Origin: an uncultured Chloroflexia bacterium
GTDB lineage: Bacteria; Chloroflexota; Limnocylindria; Limnocylindrales; CSP1-4
Length of the DNA: 64,000 bases
Direction: 5' to 3'
NCBI GenBank assembly: GCA_963697135.1
Contig: CAVOMZ010000009.1
Span: 14,301 to 78,300 of the forward strand
Each line of letters begins with the position of its first letter. The stretch's first letter is position 1. Under the pieces are notes generated by a model, which did not search any database, was not told where the DNA came from, and saw nothing but the letters and a program-made list of their open reading frames with translations. The position numbers and the translations under genes were made by a program. Shown piece by piece: positions 1-10,773 of this stretch.

Positions 1-198
1 GTCGCGGCCGGAGCCGACGGGATCATGGTCGAGGTCCATCCGCGGCCCGACGAGGCCCTGTCCGATGGCGAGCAGTCGATCACGATCGCCCAGTTCACGG
101 ACATGATGGCCGGCCTGCGAGCCGTCCACGACCAGGTCGGCGACCTGCACGGCGATCCGGTCCTGCCCAACGCGGTCCTCAAGGTCGGCGGCGGCGCG
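1..198 (+). CDS. aroF: DAHP synthase (3-deoxy-7-phosphoheptulonate synthase), C-terminal fragment; 5' end lies outside the window
   Basis: Frame 1 reads [27 protein letters not shown]..., the conserved C-terminal block of class I-beta DAHP/KDO8P-type synthases. It is the first gene of a shikimate operon. There is no stop before the aroA ATG at 199. Confidence 0.7.
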
Positions 199-1584
199 AT
201 GATCGCCGGAGCGCGGCCGAACCTGGCCGGCGGGGGTCCGCCCGACGTCGCCGGCGTCCGCCCGGCGGCCCGACTGCGGGGCGCGCCGGGGCTGCCCGGC
301 GACAAGTCGATCAGCCATCGGGCCCTCCTCCTGGCCGCCCTGGCCGAGGGTGAGTCGACGATCCACGGGGCAGGCGACGGAGCCGACGTCAGGACCACGG
401 CCGGGCTGGTCGCGAGCCTCGGCGCGGAGGTCCTGCGCGGCCGCGTCCGACGGCCGGCGAGTCGACTACCGGGTCGTCTCGCCGGGGATCGACGGGCTGC
501 ACGAGGCCGAAGGAATCCTCGACTGCGGCAACTCCGGCACGACGACCCGGCTGGCCGCCGGGATCCTGGCCGGGCTGCCCGGCTACCACGTCCTCGACGG
601 CGACGATTCATTGCGCCGCCGACCCCTCGCTCGTATCATCGAGCCACTGCGCGAGATGGGCGCCGAGGTCCACGCCCGCCGGGGAAACTCCCTCCTGCCG
701 ATGACCGTGATCGGTCACACCCCGCTCCGGGCGATCGACGTCCGGACGGCTGTGCCGAGCGCCCAGGTGAAGTCGGCGATCCTGCTGGCCGGGCTGCGGG
801 CCGACGGCCGGACGACGGTCCGCGAGGCGGTTGCGACCCGCGATCACACCGAGCGGATGCTTCGGGCACGGGGGGTTGCCGTGGTCAGCGCACGAACCGG
901 GGACGACGAAGCAATGGTCAGTCTGGAGGGCGGAGGTGCGGGTCCGCGCGATCGACCAGGATGTGCCCGCCGACCCGTCGGCGGCGGCCTTCTGGCTGGT
1001 GGCCGGGGCGATCCATCCCGATGCCGAGCTGCGCCTCGAACGCGTCGGGCTGAACCCGACCCGGCGGGCGATCATCGACCTGTTGCGGCGATGGGCGCCC
1101 GGATCGACGAGCAGGCGATCGGCGAATCGGGCGGGCTCGAGCGGGGCCGCCGTCGGCGAGCCGCTGGCCGACCTGACCGTCCGCTCGAGCGAGCTCCGGG
1201 CGATCGAGCCTTGGCCCGGACGATGTCGCCCAGGCGATCGACGAGATCCCGGTCCTGTGCCTGGCCGCGACCCAGGCCCGGGGCACGACGACGATCCACG
1301 GCGCGGGCGAGCTGCGAGCCAAGGAATCGGACCGGATCGCCGGGATCGTCGAGGGCCTGGCCGCCCTCGGAGCGACGATCTCGGCCGAGGGTGACACGCT
1401 CTCGATCAGCGGCCCGACGAGCCTCCTCGGCGGGCCGACCGACAGCCATTCGGACCATCGCCTGGCGATGACCTTCGCCGTCGCCGGGCTGATCGCCTCG
1501 GGCGCCACGACGATCAGCGATCCGGCCTGCGCGGCAATCTCCTATCCCGGCTTCTTCGCGGAACTCGAAGGGGTGCGAGCATGA
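199..1584 (+). CDS. aroA: 3-phosphoshikimate 1-carboxyvinyltransferase (EPSP synthase); about 5 frame changes
   Basis: [22 protein letters not shown] (ORF 25..1053), [15 protein letters not shown] (ORF 350..1471) and [18 protein letters not shown] / GEPLADLTV (ORF 831..1394). The last block, [17 protein letters not shown]...[11 protein letters not shown], was read by hand in frame 1 to TGA 1582-1584. Confidence 0.9.
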
Positions 1585-2396
1585 CGAAGCGCGTCGTCCT
1601 GATCGGTCATCCGGTCAGCCATTCGCTGTCCGGCGCGATGCAGCAGGCGGCTTTCAATTCGCTCGGGATCGATGCCCGCTACGAGATGTGGGACAAGCCC
1701 CGATCGAGCTCGCGGACGCCGTCGCCGAGCTGCGCTCGGATGACTTCCTGGGGGCGAACGTCACGATCCCCCACAAGGAGCGGGTCGTCCCGCTCGTCGA
1801 CCGGCTGACCGAGGACGCCCACGCCACCGGGGCGGTCAACACGATCACCCGGGAGGGCAAGCGGCTGGTCGGCCACAACACCGATGTGCCCGGCTTCAAG
1901 CAGGCGCTCGACAAGCTCGTCGGACGCCAGAAGATGCCCCGCCAGGCGGTCGTCTTCGGCGCCGGCGGCGGCAGCCGGGCGGTGATCCACGGCCTGATCA
2001 CGGCCGGCTTCCTGCGGATCGTCGTCTTCAACCGCCACCTCCATCGGGCCGAGACCCTGGTCAAGTTCTTCGGCAAGAGCGCGGCCCACATGGAGCTCAA
2101 GGCGATGCCCTGGCACGAGTCGATCATCGAGGCCGAGCTGGCCGAAGACGAGGATCCTGGTCAACGCGACCTCGATCGGCCTGCACGGCGACGAGTCGCC
2201 GATCCCGGCCGAGATCATCCCGCCCGACCTGCTGGTCCTCGACCTGATCTACCGGCGCACGAAGCTGCTGCGGGACGCGGCCTCGAACGGGGCGACGGTC
2301 GCCGACGGGGCGACGATGCTCCTCCACCAGGGCGCGGCCGCGTTCAGCCTGTGGACGGGCCAGCCGGCACCGCTCGAGGTGATGGAGCGGCCCTGA
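1581..2396 (+). CDS. aroE: shikimate dehydrogenase; about 2 frame changes
   Basis: [25 protein letters not shown] (ORF 1581..1808); NVTIPHKE, GHNTDVPGF and VFGAGGGSRAV (ORF 1688..2464). The C-terminus LVNATSIGL...MLLHQGAAAFSLWTG was read by hand to TGA 2394-2396. The ATG overlaps the aroA stop. Confidence 0.9.
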
Positions 2397-2467
2397 CGGC
2401 GGCCCGGGCCGGTGGGATCGAGTCGGCGGAAGGCGAGCCGACCGGCGTCGTCGCGGAGGCCTAGGAG

Positions 2468-3774
2468 ATGGGCCGGTTCCGGTTCCTGACCGCCGGCGAG
2501 TCGCACGGGCCGGCCCTGGGCGTCACGATCGAAGGGGTGCCGGCCGGGCTGGCCCTGACCGCCGACGCAGCTGGCCGTCGACCTGGCCCGCCGCCAGCGC
2601 GGCTACGGCCGCGGTGCGCGCCAGGCGATCGAGCACGACCGGGCCGAGATCCTCGGCGGCGTCCGCCACGGCCTGACCCTCGGCTCGCCGATCCTGCTCC
2701 TCGTCCGCAACCGGGACTGGGAGAACTGGACGCAGGTGATGCAGGTCGAGCCGCTCAGCGACGAGCGAGGCGGCCGAGCTGGCCGGCCTGGCCGAGGAGG
2801 GCAACAAGCGGGCGACCCCGGTGACCCGCCTGCGGCCCGGCCACGCCGACCTGGCCGGCGCCCTGAAGTACGGCTTCAACGACGTGCGCGACGTCCTCGA
2901 GCGGGCCTCGGCTCGCGAGACCGCCGCCCGGGTCGCGGCGGGCGGCGTCGCCCGGGCGTTCCTCGCCGAGCTCGGGATCGAGGTCTGGTCGTTCACCGCC
3001 GAGGTCGGCGGGATCGCCCTCGATCCGGCCAACGCCAGCCGCTCGCGGGCCGAGGCCGACGAGTCGCCCCTGCGCTGCCCGGATCCCGAGGCCGAGGCGG
3101 CGATGATCGCCCGGATCGACGAGGCCCGCGGTCAACGGCGACACGGTCGGCGGGGTCTTCGAGGTCGTCGCCCACGGCCTGCCGATCGGCCTCGGCAGCT
3201 ATGTCCACTGGGATCGCCGGCTCGACGCCGCCCTGGCCGCGGCGGTCATGAGCATCAACATCGTCAAGGGCGTCGAGTTCGGGCTGGGCTTCGAGCAGAC
3301 CCGCCGCTTCGGCTCGGCCGTCCACGACGTGATCGAGGGCCGCGGCGAGGGCGGTCGCTGGATCCATCGCTCGAACAACGCCGGGCGGCCTGACCGGCGG
3401 CGTGACGAACGGCGAGCCGCTCGTCGTGCGCGGTGCCGTCAAGCCGATCTCGACGCTCGCCCGGCCCCTGCCCTCGGCCGACCTGATCAGCGGCGAAGCG
3501 GTCGACAAGGCCCACTACGAGCGCAGCGACATCAGCGTCGTGCCGGCGGCCGGCGTCGTCGGCGAGGCGATGGTGATGATCACCCTGGCCGACTTCATCC
3601 TCGACAAGTTCGGCGGGCGATTCGCTCGACGAGACGCGGGCCAACCTCGAGGCCTACCGGGCCCGGATCTCGCTGCCGCCCGCGGCGCCGGCCGGCCGGG
3701 CGCCCGCGGCGACGGACGCGGCCGACCCGGCGCCGGCGGACGGCGGCGAGGCCGGCTCCGGCGGCGACGACTAG
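2468..3774 (+). CDS. aroC: chorismate synthase; 5 frame changes, all +1
   Basis: [18 protein letters not shown] (2468), [16 protein letters not shown] (2821), [16 protein letters not shown] (3248) and [16 protein letters not shown]...[10 protein letters not shown] (3402). The tail [17 protein letters not shown] runs to TAG 3772-3774. Confidence 0.9.
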
Positions 3775-3782
3775 GCCGGCCG

Positions 3783-4299
3783 GTGGACCTCGTCCTCGTC
3801 GGGCTGCCGGGCAGCGGCAAGACCTCGGTCGGCCGGCGGATCGCGGCGCGCCACGGCGCCCGTTTCATCGACCTCGACTGCGACGATCGAGCGCGACGGC
3901 CGGCCATGACGATCGCCCAGCTGTTCGAAGCCGAGGGCGAGGCGGGCTTCCGGGCGCCGCGAGCGGGCCGCGGTCGCCGACCTCGGCCGGCCCGACCCGG
4001 CGCCCGAGCTCCGGCGGGTGATCGCCACCGGCGGCGGGGCCGTCGTCGACCCGGCCAATCGCTGGGCCCTCTACCGCGGCCGGCGGGTCGTCTGGCTGAG
4101 CGAACCGCCCGAGGTCCTTGCCCAGCGCCTGCGCAACTCGCCCAATCCCCGGCCGCTCCTCCAGGGCCGCGATCCGGTCGGGGCGATCCGCGAGCTGGCG
4201 GCCCGCCGGGAGCGGTTCTACGCGCCGGCCCTCCGGATCAACGGCCTGTCCCAGGTCGGGCACGAGTCCTCGAGCGACTCGATGGGTTCCTGGCCGAGC
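3783..4299 (+). CDS. aroK: shikimate kinase (3' boundary approximate; no clear stop before aroB)
   Basis: GTG 3783 followed by [32 protein letters not shown] (P-loop). [17 protein letters not shown] lies in ORF 4018..4551. Confidence 0.8.
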
Positions 4300-5517
4300 C
4301 GGCTCCGGCCGGGACGACGCTCCTGTCCGCCGATACCCGCCTGGGCCGGATCCGGATCGGCGCAGCCATCGCCGCCGAGGCCCTCCTGGCAACGCTCGAC
4401 GAGCTCGGGGCGGGCCGGGCGATCTTCGTCTCGGAGCCCGGCGCCTGGGGGGCGGTCGGCGACGCCCTGGCCACGGGCCTGGCCGTGGCGGGGATGCCGG
4501 TCGAGCACGTCCTGCTGCCCGCGGGCGAGGCGGCCAAGCGGCTGGCCGTGATCGAGTCGGCAGCCGGCGAGCTGGCCCGCCTGCGGGTCGAGCGGACCGA
4601 GCCGCTCATCGCGCTCGGCGGCGGCGCGCTCGGTGATGCGGCCGGCTTCCTCGCGGCGACCTGGCTGCGGGGCGTGCCCCTGGTCCATGTCCCGACGACC
4701 CTCGTCGCCCAGATCGACAGCTCGATCGGGGGCAAGACGGCGGTCGACCTGGACGAGGGCAAGAACCTCGTCGGCGCGTTCCACCAGCCGGCGGCGATCC
4801 TGATCGACGTCGCGCTGTGGCCGGGCCTGCCCGAACGCCAGCGCCGCTCGGCCCTCGGCGAGGCGGTCAAGATGGCCGCGCTGGACGACGAGCCGCTGTT
4901 CGCGCTGCTCGAGCGCGACGGGCCGGGGATCGCCCGGGCCGACCCAGCGGTGGTCGCGCCACGGTGCGCTGGCCGAGCTGGTCGAGCGCTGCGCCTGGGC
5001 GAAGGTCGAGGTGGTCCTGGCCGACGAGCGCGAGCGGCCGGCAGGGGCGGCCCGGCGCCAGCCACCGGGCGCGAAGGACCCCGCCGGGCGGCCGCCCGGA
5101 TCGAGGCGGGCCGGCTGGCCCTCAACCTCGGCCATTCGCTCGGCCACGGCTTCGAGGCGGCGGCCGGCTACGGCGACGCCCTGCTCCACGGCGAGGCCGT
5201 CGCCTACGGCCTGCGCGCGGCCTGCCGGATCGGGGTCGAGCTCGGCGTGACGCCGGCCGATCGGGCGGCCCGGATCGAGGACCTCCTGAGCCGGCTCGAC
5301 CTGGCGCCGGCGGGCGGCCTGGGCCGGCTCGGCCTCGATCGAGGCAGCCGTGCTCGCGGCGCTCAGTGGCGACAAGAAGCACGCCGGCGGCAAGCTGCGC
5401 TGGGTCCTGCCGACCGCCGACTTCGTGGCGATCCGGAGCGACGTCCCGGCCGAGCTGGTCGAGCGCGTGGCCGACGGGCTGCTCAGCCCAATCCCTCCCG
5501 GCCGCGAGCATCTCCCG
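4300..5517 (+). CDS. aroB: 3-dehydroquinate synthase (5' boundary approximate; frame changes)
   Basis: ORF 3402..5690 contains [35 protein letters not shown] and [12 protein letters not shown]...[13 protein letters not shown] 5350..6084 contains the C-terminal KLRWVLPT. Confidence 0.85.
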
Positions 5518-5965
5518 ATGACTCGCGTGCTCGTCCTCCAGGGGCCGAACCTGAACCTGCTCGGCACGCGCGAGCCGGAGATCTACGGGCGGGCGACGCT
5601 GGACGAGATTCACGCGGCAATCGCGGGCCCGGGCGGCCGAGCTGGGCCTGGCCGTCGAATTCTTCCAGTCGAACCACGAGGGCGCCCTGATCGATCGCGT
5701 CCATCGCCGGGACTACGACGTGGCGATCGTCAACGCCGGCGGCCTGACCCACACCAGCGTCAGCCTGCGCGACGCGCTGCTCGGGGTGGAGCGCCCGTTC
5801 ATCGAGGTCCACCTGTCGGACCCGGCGACCCGCGAACCGTTCCGCCCGGTCAACTTCCTTTCCGACATCGCCCTCGAGTCGATCGTCGGCCGGGGGCCGG
5901 CCGGGTACAGCCTGGCCCTCGAGTCGATCGCCCGCCGGGTGGCCGCCGGCGAGCTGCCCGGATGA
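5518..5965 (+). CDS. aroQ: type II 3-dehydroquinate dehydratase; 1 frame change
   Basis: [24 protein letters not shown] (in ORF 5350..6084), then [32 protein letters not shown] (ORF 5720..5965). Confidence 0.9.
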
Positions 5966-6296
5966 CCCGGCCGGCCGGGAGCAGCCGGGCAAGGGCTCCG
6001 GCGGCCCGCCCGCCGAGACGCCCGAGCTGCGCCGCCTGCGCCGGCGGATCGACACGCTCGACCGGCGGATCGTGGGCCTGCTGAACGATCGGGCCGAGCT
6101 CGGCCGCGAGGTCGGCCGGGCGAAGCGGGCCAGCGGCCGGACGGCGATCCGGGACCTCGAGCGGGAGCGCGAGGTCCTGCTCCGGGTCGCGATGGCCAAC
6201 CTCGGGCCGATTGCCCAGGCCGACCTGCTCGCGATCTATCGCCGCCTGATCGGCGCGACTCGGGCGCTCGAGGCGCGCGACCGGCAGAAGGACTAG
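5962..6296 (+). CDS. chorismate mutase (AroQ-class helical type); 1 frame change
   Basis: ATG 5962 overlaps the aro[39 protein letters not shown]...LLAIYRRLI (ORF 6072..6296) is a typical CM_2 helix pattern. It is the last gene of the aro operon. Confidence 0.75.
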
Positions 6297-6989
6297 GACC
6301 GGTCCTCGATCTCCCAGGCGTGGTCGAGGGCATGCCAGGCGATCCGCCGGGCGGCATACCGGGCGGGCCAGCGTCGACCGGCGATCGGGCTGCCATCGGA
6401 CGGGCGGGCCAGGACCTCGAGGATCGCCCGGCGCACGGCCTCGACCGCCTGGCGGTCACCCGGGGCCGGCTCCTTGAAACGCAGGCCGAGCTGGCCGGCG
6501 TAGACGGCGTCGGAGGCGTCGCAGTGGGCGACGATCTTGTCCCGGTCGCGGCCGCCGCCGCGGGGGCCCTTGCGCAGCTCGGCGGGCGCTCCGACGCGAC
6601 TCGATCGAGGGTGGTCCAGGCCGCCTTGAACGAGCCCGGCCTGGCGGCCTGCCTCGGCGGCGTCGACCGCCCGTCGATCGAGCTCGGTCACGCTGCCCGG
6701 CACGCCGAAGTCGGTCGAGGCCGAGCCGGCGATCGATCTCGACCACCATGAAGCTGGCCCGGTCCGAGCTCGGCCGGGTCGACCGACCGGACTCGAGGCG
6801 CAGGCCGGCCTCGGCCGCGACCAGCGCATAGCGCCCGGCGGCCGAGGCCAGGGCGGCCAGGGCCAGGTCGCGGCTGCGGCCGCTCCGGCACCAGCCGGGC
6901 CAGTCGACGGCCCAGGCGAACGTGCGGGCCTTGCCGGCCTCCTCGCCGACCGCGATCAGGGGCGAGCGGTCGTCGCTCGTTGCCACCAC
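6293..6989 (-). CDS. conserved hypothetical protein; 1 frame change
   Basis: The N-terminus is in ORF 6456..6989 (KARTFAWAVDWPGWCRSGRS). The C-terminus is in ORF 6293..6829 (ELRKGPRGGGRDRDKIVAH...[18 protein letters not shown]). I cannot assign a function. Confidence 0.5.
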
Positions 6990-6992
6990 CCC

Positions 6993-7884
6993 TCAGCCCT
7001 GCGCCGTGGCGGTCTGCAGCTCGCCCACGAGCCGGGCCAGGGCGGCCACGTCGCGTCCGTCCGGCCCGAGAGCGTCAACCAGGGCCGAGGCCACGATCAC
7101 CCCATCTGCACCCTGCGGCCGCGATCGCCCGGACATGGGCCGGCCGGCTGACCCCGAAGCCGACGGCGACCGGCACCGGCGCGACGGCCTTGACCGAGTG
7201 GACGAGCCGGCCGACCGAGCGCGGCAGGGAGGCTCGCGCCCCGGTGACCCCGACGAGCGAGACGCAGTACAGGAAGCCGCCCGAGCGGGCAGCCACCCGG
7301 GCCCGCCGGTCGGGCGATGTCGTCGGGGCGACCAGGTAGACGACGGCCAGTCCGGCCGCCCGGGCGACCGCTTCGAACGGGCCGCCTTCGTCCGGCGTCA
7401 GGTCGGCCACGATCAGGCCGGCGGCTCCCGCCCGAGCGAGCCGCCCGGCGGCCTCGGCGCCGGTGCCGCCTCCGATCACCTGGTTCGCGTAGCCCATCGG
7501 GACGAGCGGCAGGTGAGGGCGGGCAGCAGAGATCCGCTCGATCAGCGCGATCGAGGTGCTGAACGTCGCGCCGGCGGCCAGGGCGGCCTGCGAGGCGCGC
7601 TGGAGGGTCGCCCCGTCGGCCAGCGGATCGGAGTAGGGCAGCCCGACCTCGAGCAGGTCGGCCCCGGCGTCGGCGGCCGCCAGGGCGATCCGGTAGCTCG
7701 TCTCCTGGTCGGGATAGCCGGCCACGATGTACGGGATCAGGGCGATTCGTCCCTCCCCGGCGGCCCGCTCGAACGCCGCCGCGATCCGGCCGGCCCCGGC
7801 CGTCCCGTTCGTGCCCGTCCCGTTCGTGCCCGTCACGCCCGCCCGGGTCGGGTCGTCAGGCTCGAGCCGGGCCGGAGCGGTCAT
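6993..7884 (-). CDS. trpA: tryptophan synthase alpha chain; 1 frame change near the 3' end
   Basis: ORF 7075..7884 contains IPYIVAGYPD, LEVGLPYSDPLADG and FLYCVSLVGVTG. The hand-read tail ADGVIVASALV... runs to the stop at 6993-6995. Confidence 0.9.
7801..7834. repeat. 15-bp tandem repeat (cgtcccgttcgtgcc x2 plus a partial copy) inside the trpA N-terminal extension
   Basis: Direct reading of 7801-7834. On the minus strand it encodes GTNGTGTNGT. Confidence 0.8.
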
Positions 7885-9150
7885 TCCGGCCCTCCGCCCG
7901 GGGCAGGGTTCGAGGCGGAACCGGGCGCCAGCGCCGCGAGGTCCTTGTCACCCCGGCCGGACAGCCCGAGGAGGACGACGGCCTCGTCGGGGTACGGCTC
8001 GCCCGATCCCTCGAGGCCGGCCAGCAGGCGGGGCAGCACGGCGAAGGCGTGGGCCGTCTCGAGCGCCGGCAGGATCCCCTCGAGCCGGGCGACCTCGCGC
8101 AACGCGGCCAGCGCCTCGGCGTCGGTCGCGGCGGCGAGCTCGAGCCGGCCGCCGGTCAGCAGGGCGGCGATCTGGGGCCCGACTCCCGGATAGTCCAGGC
8201 CGGCCGAGATCGAGTGGGCCTCGATCACCTGGCCGTCGGCGTCCTGGAGCATGAGCGAGCGCGACCCGTGGAGGATGCCCGGCGTGCCACCGGCCAGGGC
8301 CGCCGCGTGGCGTCCGGTCGCGATCCCATCGCCGGCCGCCTCGGCCACCGCCAGCCGGACCGACGGCTCGCCGATGAACCGGTCGAGCAGGCCGATCGCG
8401 TTCGAGCCGCCACCGACGCAGGCCAGCACGAGGTCCGGCAGGCGGCCCTCGACGGCCGACAGCTGGGCCGCCGCCTCGTCGCCCAGGATCCGCTGGAAGT
8501 CACGCACGATCGTCGGGTAGGGATGGGGGCCCATCGCCGAGCCAAGGACGTAGTGCGTCGTCTCGACCGTCGTGACCCACTCGCGCATCGCCTCGTTGAC
8601 CGCGTCCTTGAGGGTCGCCGAGCCGGAGGTGACCGGCCGGACCTCGGCGCCCGAGGGCGCGCATCCGGAGGACGTTCGGCTCCTGGCGCCGGATGTCCTC
8701 GGCGCCCATGAACACGACGCAGGGCAGGTCGAGCAGGGCGCAGGCCGTGGCCGTCGCGACGCCGTGCTGCCCGGCGCCGGTCTCGGCGATCACCCTCGAC
8801 TTGCCCAGCCGGCGGGTCAGGAGGGCCTGGCCGAGGGCGTTGTTGATCTTGTGGGCGCCGGTATGGCCAAGGTCCTCCCGCTTCAGGTAGAGCCGGAGGG
8901 TCCCGGGCAGGCTGGCTGGCCGGTCCCGTTCGATCGCGGCTCAAGCCGGCCCGCCTCATCGAGCGTGGCGCCGGGCCAGCCGGTCGGCCCGGTAGAGCGG
9001 CGTCGGCCGCCCCGAGTACGTGGCCAGGAGGTCTCGGAACTCGGCCCAGAAGCGGGGATCGTGGCGCAGCTCGAAATACGCCCGTTCGAGGCTCTCGAGG
9101 GCGGCCATCAGGGTCTCTGGAACGTACCGGCCGCCGAATTCGCGATTGCA
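7881..9150 (-). CDS. trpB: tryptophan synthase beta chain; about 2 frame changes; no separate start codon found (open in frame from trpF)
   Basis: [18 protein letters not shown] (end of ORF 8956..10182), [17 protein letters not shown] (ORF 8500..8793) and [11 protein letters not shown] / [14 protein letters not shown] (ORF 7881..8588). Confidence 0.9.
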
Positions 9151-9960
9151 GCCCCAGCGGCCGGCCGCGTCCGCCTCGACCAGGCCGGCGGCCGCCTGGA
9201 CGGGCCGGACAAGAAGATTGGGCCGATCCCGGCGGACCGCCTGGGCCCGCTTGACGAACAGGGCGACCCGGAGCGGGTCCTTGGTCGGGCGCTGGCCAGG
9301 TTGTCGCGGTGCCTCGACCCCCGATGCCACGTCGAGGCCGATCGCCGGGATCGCCCGGACAGCCGGGCCGACATTGGCCGGGTCGAGCCCGCCGCCGAGG
9401 ATCACCGGGATCGCCCGGGCGATCCCGGCGGCCACCTCCGGATTCGAGCGCGTCCCGGTCCCGCCAGGATGCGGCCCACCCGCCGTGTCGAGCAGGATCC
9501 GCTCGACCCCGGCCGCGAGGTAGGTGCGGGCCCGGGCCAGGCCGGCGGCGACCAGCGGCTCCACATCGGCCGGCTCGATCGCCGCCGGGAGGTGGAGCGA
9601 CTTCCAGGTCGGCCGGCGGACCCGCCGGGCGAGCTCGGGTGTCTCGTCGCCGGCCAGCTGGACGACGTCGGGGTCGAGGGCAGCGATGATCGCCTCGATC
9701 CGGTTCAGCCCGGCATCGGCCGTGATCGCCACGATCCGGGGCCGCCCCCCGTCCGATCCAGGACCACGTCCCGAGCCGCTTCCGGGGTTGGTCATCGAGC
9801 GGGCCAGCTCGGCCAGCTCGACGGCTTCCCCGAGCTCGAGACAGCGGGGCGTGCCCGGGACGAGGTTCAAGCCGAGCGCGTCTGCCCCGGAGCGCACGGC
9901 CGCCCGGAGGCCGGCCCGGTCGGTGATCCCGCAGATCTTGACGAAGGGCGTCCGGTCGAG
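9151..9960 (-). CDS. trpF: phosphoribosylanthranilate isomerase (domain boundaries approximate; in frame with trpC and trpB)
   Basis: ORF 8956..10182 contains [15 protein letters not shown]...[14 protein letters not shown]...[14 protein letters not shown]...[11 protein letters not shown]. Confidence 0.8.
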
Positions 9961-10773
9961 GGCGGCCGGGTCGTCGGGCAGGCGACCGGCGGCAGCGAAC
10001 CGGGCGACGGCCGCGGCCGGATCGGACGAGCGCATCAGGGCCTCGCCGATCAGCGCCGCGTCGAAGCCGAGGGCCCGCCAGCCGGCGACCGTCGAAGGCT
10101 CCCGGACGCCCGACTCGGCCACGACGAGGCGGTCGTCGGGGACGAGCCGGCGCAGGCGGACGGCCTGCTCGGGATCGACCACCAGGGTCCGCAGGTTCGC
10201 GATTGTTCAGCCCGATCAGGCGCGTCCGGGTGGCGAGGGCCCGCTCGAGCTCGCGCTCGTCGTGCGCCTCGACCAGGGGCTCGAGGCCGAGGTCGCGCGC
10301 CTCGTCGACGAGGCGCGCCAGGCGGGCCGCCGGATGGAGGCTGGCCAGGAGGAGCACCGCGTCCGCGCCGGCCGAGCGGAGGATCGGCAGCTGCCGCCGA
10401 TCGACCACGAACTCCTTGGCCAGGACCGGGATGCTGACCGCCGCCCGGACCCGGCGCAGGTCGTCGACCGAGCCGCCGAACCAGTGCGGCTCGCACAGGA
10501 CCGAGATGACTGCCGCACCACCGGCGGCGTAGGCCGTCGCCCGCCGGCCGGGTCGTCCGAGGCGGCCGCCAGCCGGCCGGCGGACGGCGACGCGCGCTTG
10601 ACCTCGGCGATGACGGCGAGGCCCGGTCCCGCCAGGCGGCCGGCCACGTCCCGGGGTGGGGGCGCCGCCTGGAGACCTCGCTCGAGGTCGGCCCGGGTCA
10701 GGCCGGCCAGCTCGGCGGCCACATCCGTCCGCCGCCGTGCGGCAATCTCGTGGACGACGCTCGTGCGGCTCAC
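9961..10773 (-). CDS. trpC: indole-3-glycerol-phosphate synthase; several frame changes
   Basis: [12 protein letters not shown] (ORF 10216..10773), [14 protein letters not shown]...VLAKEFVVD...IGLNNR (in ORF 8225..10993) and VVAESGV...IGEALMR (ORF 8956..10182). Confidence 0.85.

Noticed and set aside
25-1053. Treating ORF 25..1053 (342 aa) as one protein.
   Set aside because: It is a chimera. It joins the DAHP synthase C-terminus and the first 70 or so residues of EPSP synthase to out-of-frame Arg/Pro-rich sequence. The true aroA continues in ORFs 350..1471 and 831..1394.
6293-6989. Naming the hypothetical between the aro and trp operons as a DinB-family or HicB-like protein.
   Set aside because: I only have a vague recollection of the ...WHALDHAWEIEDR tail and cannot support a family assignment without a search.
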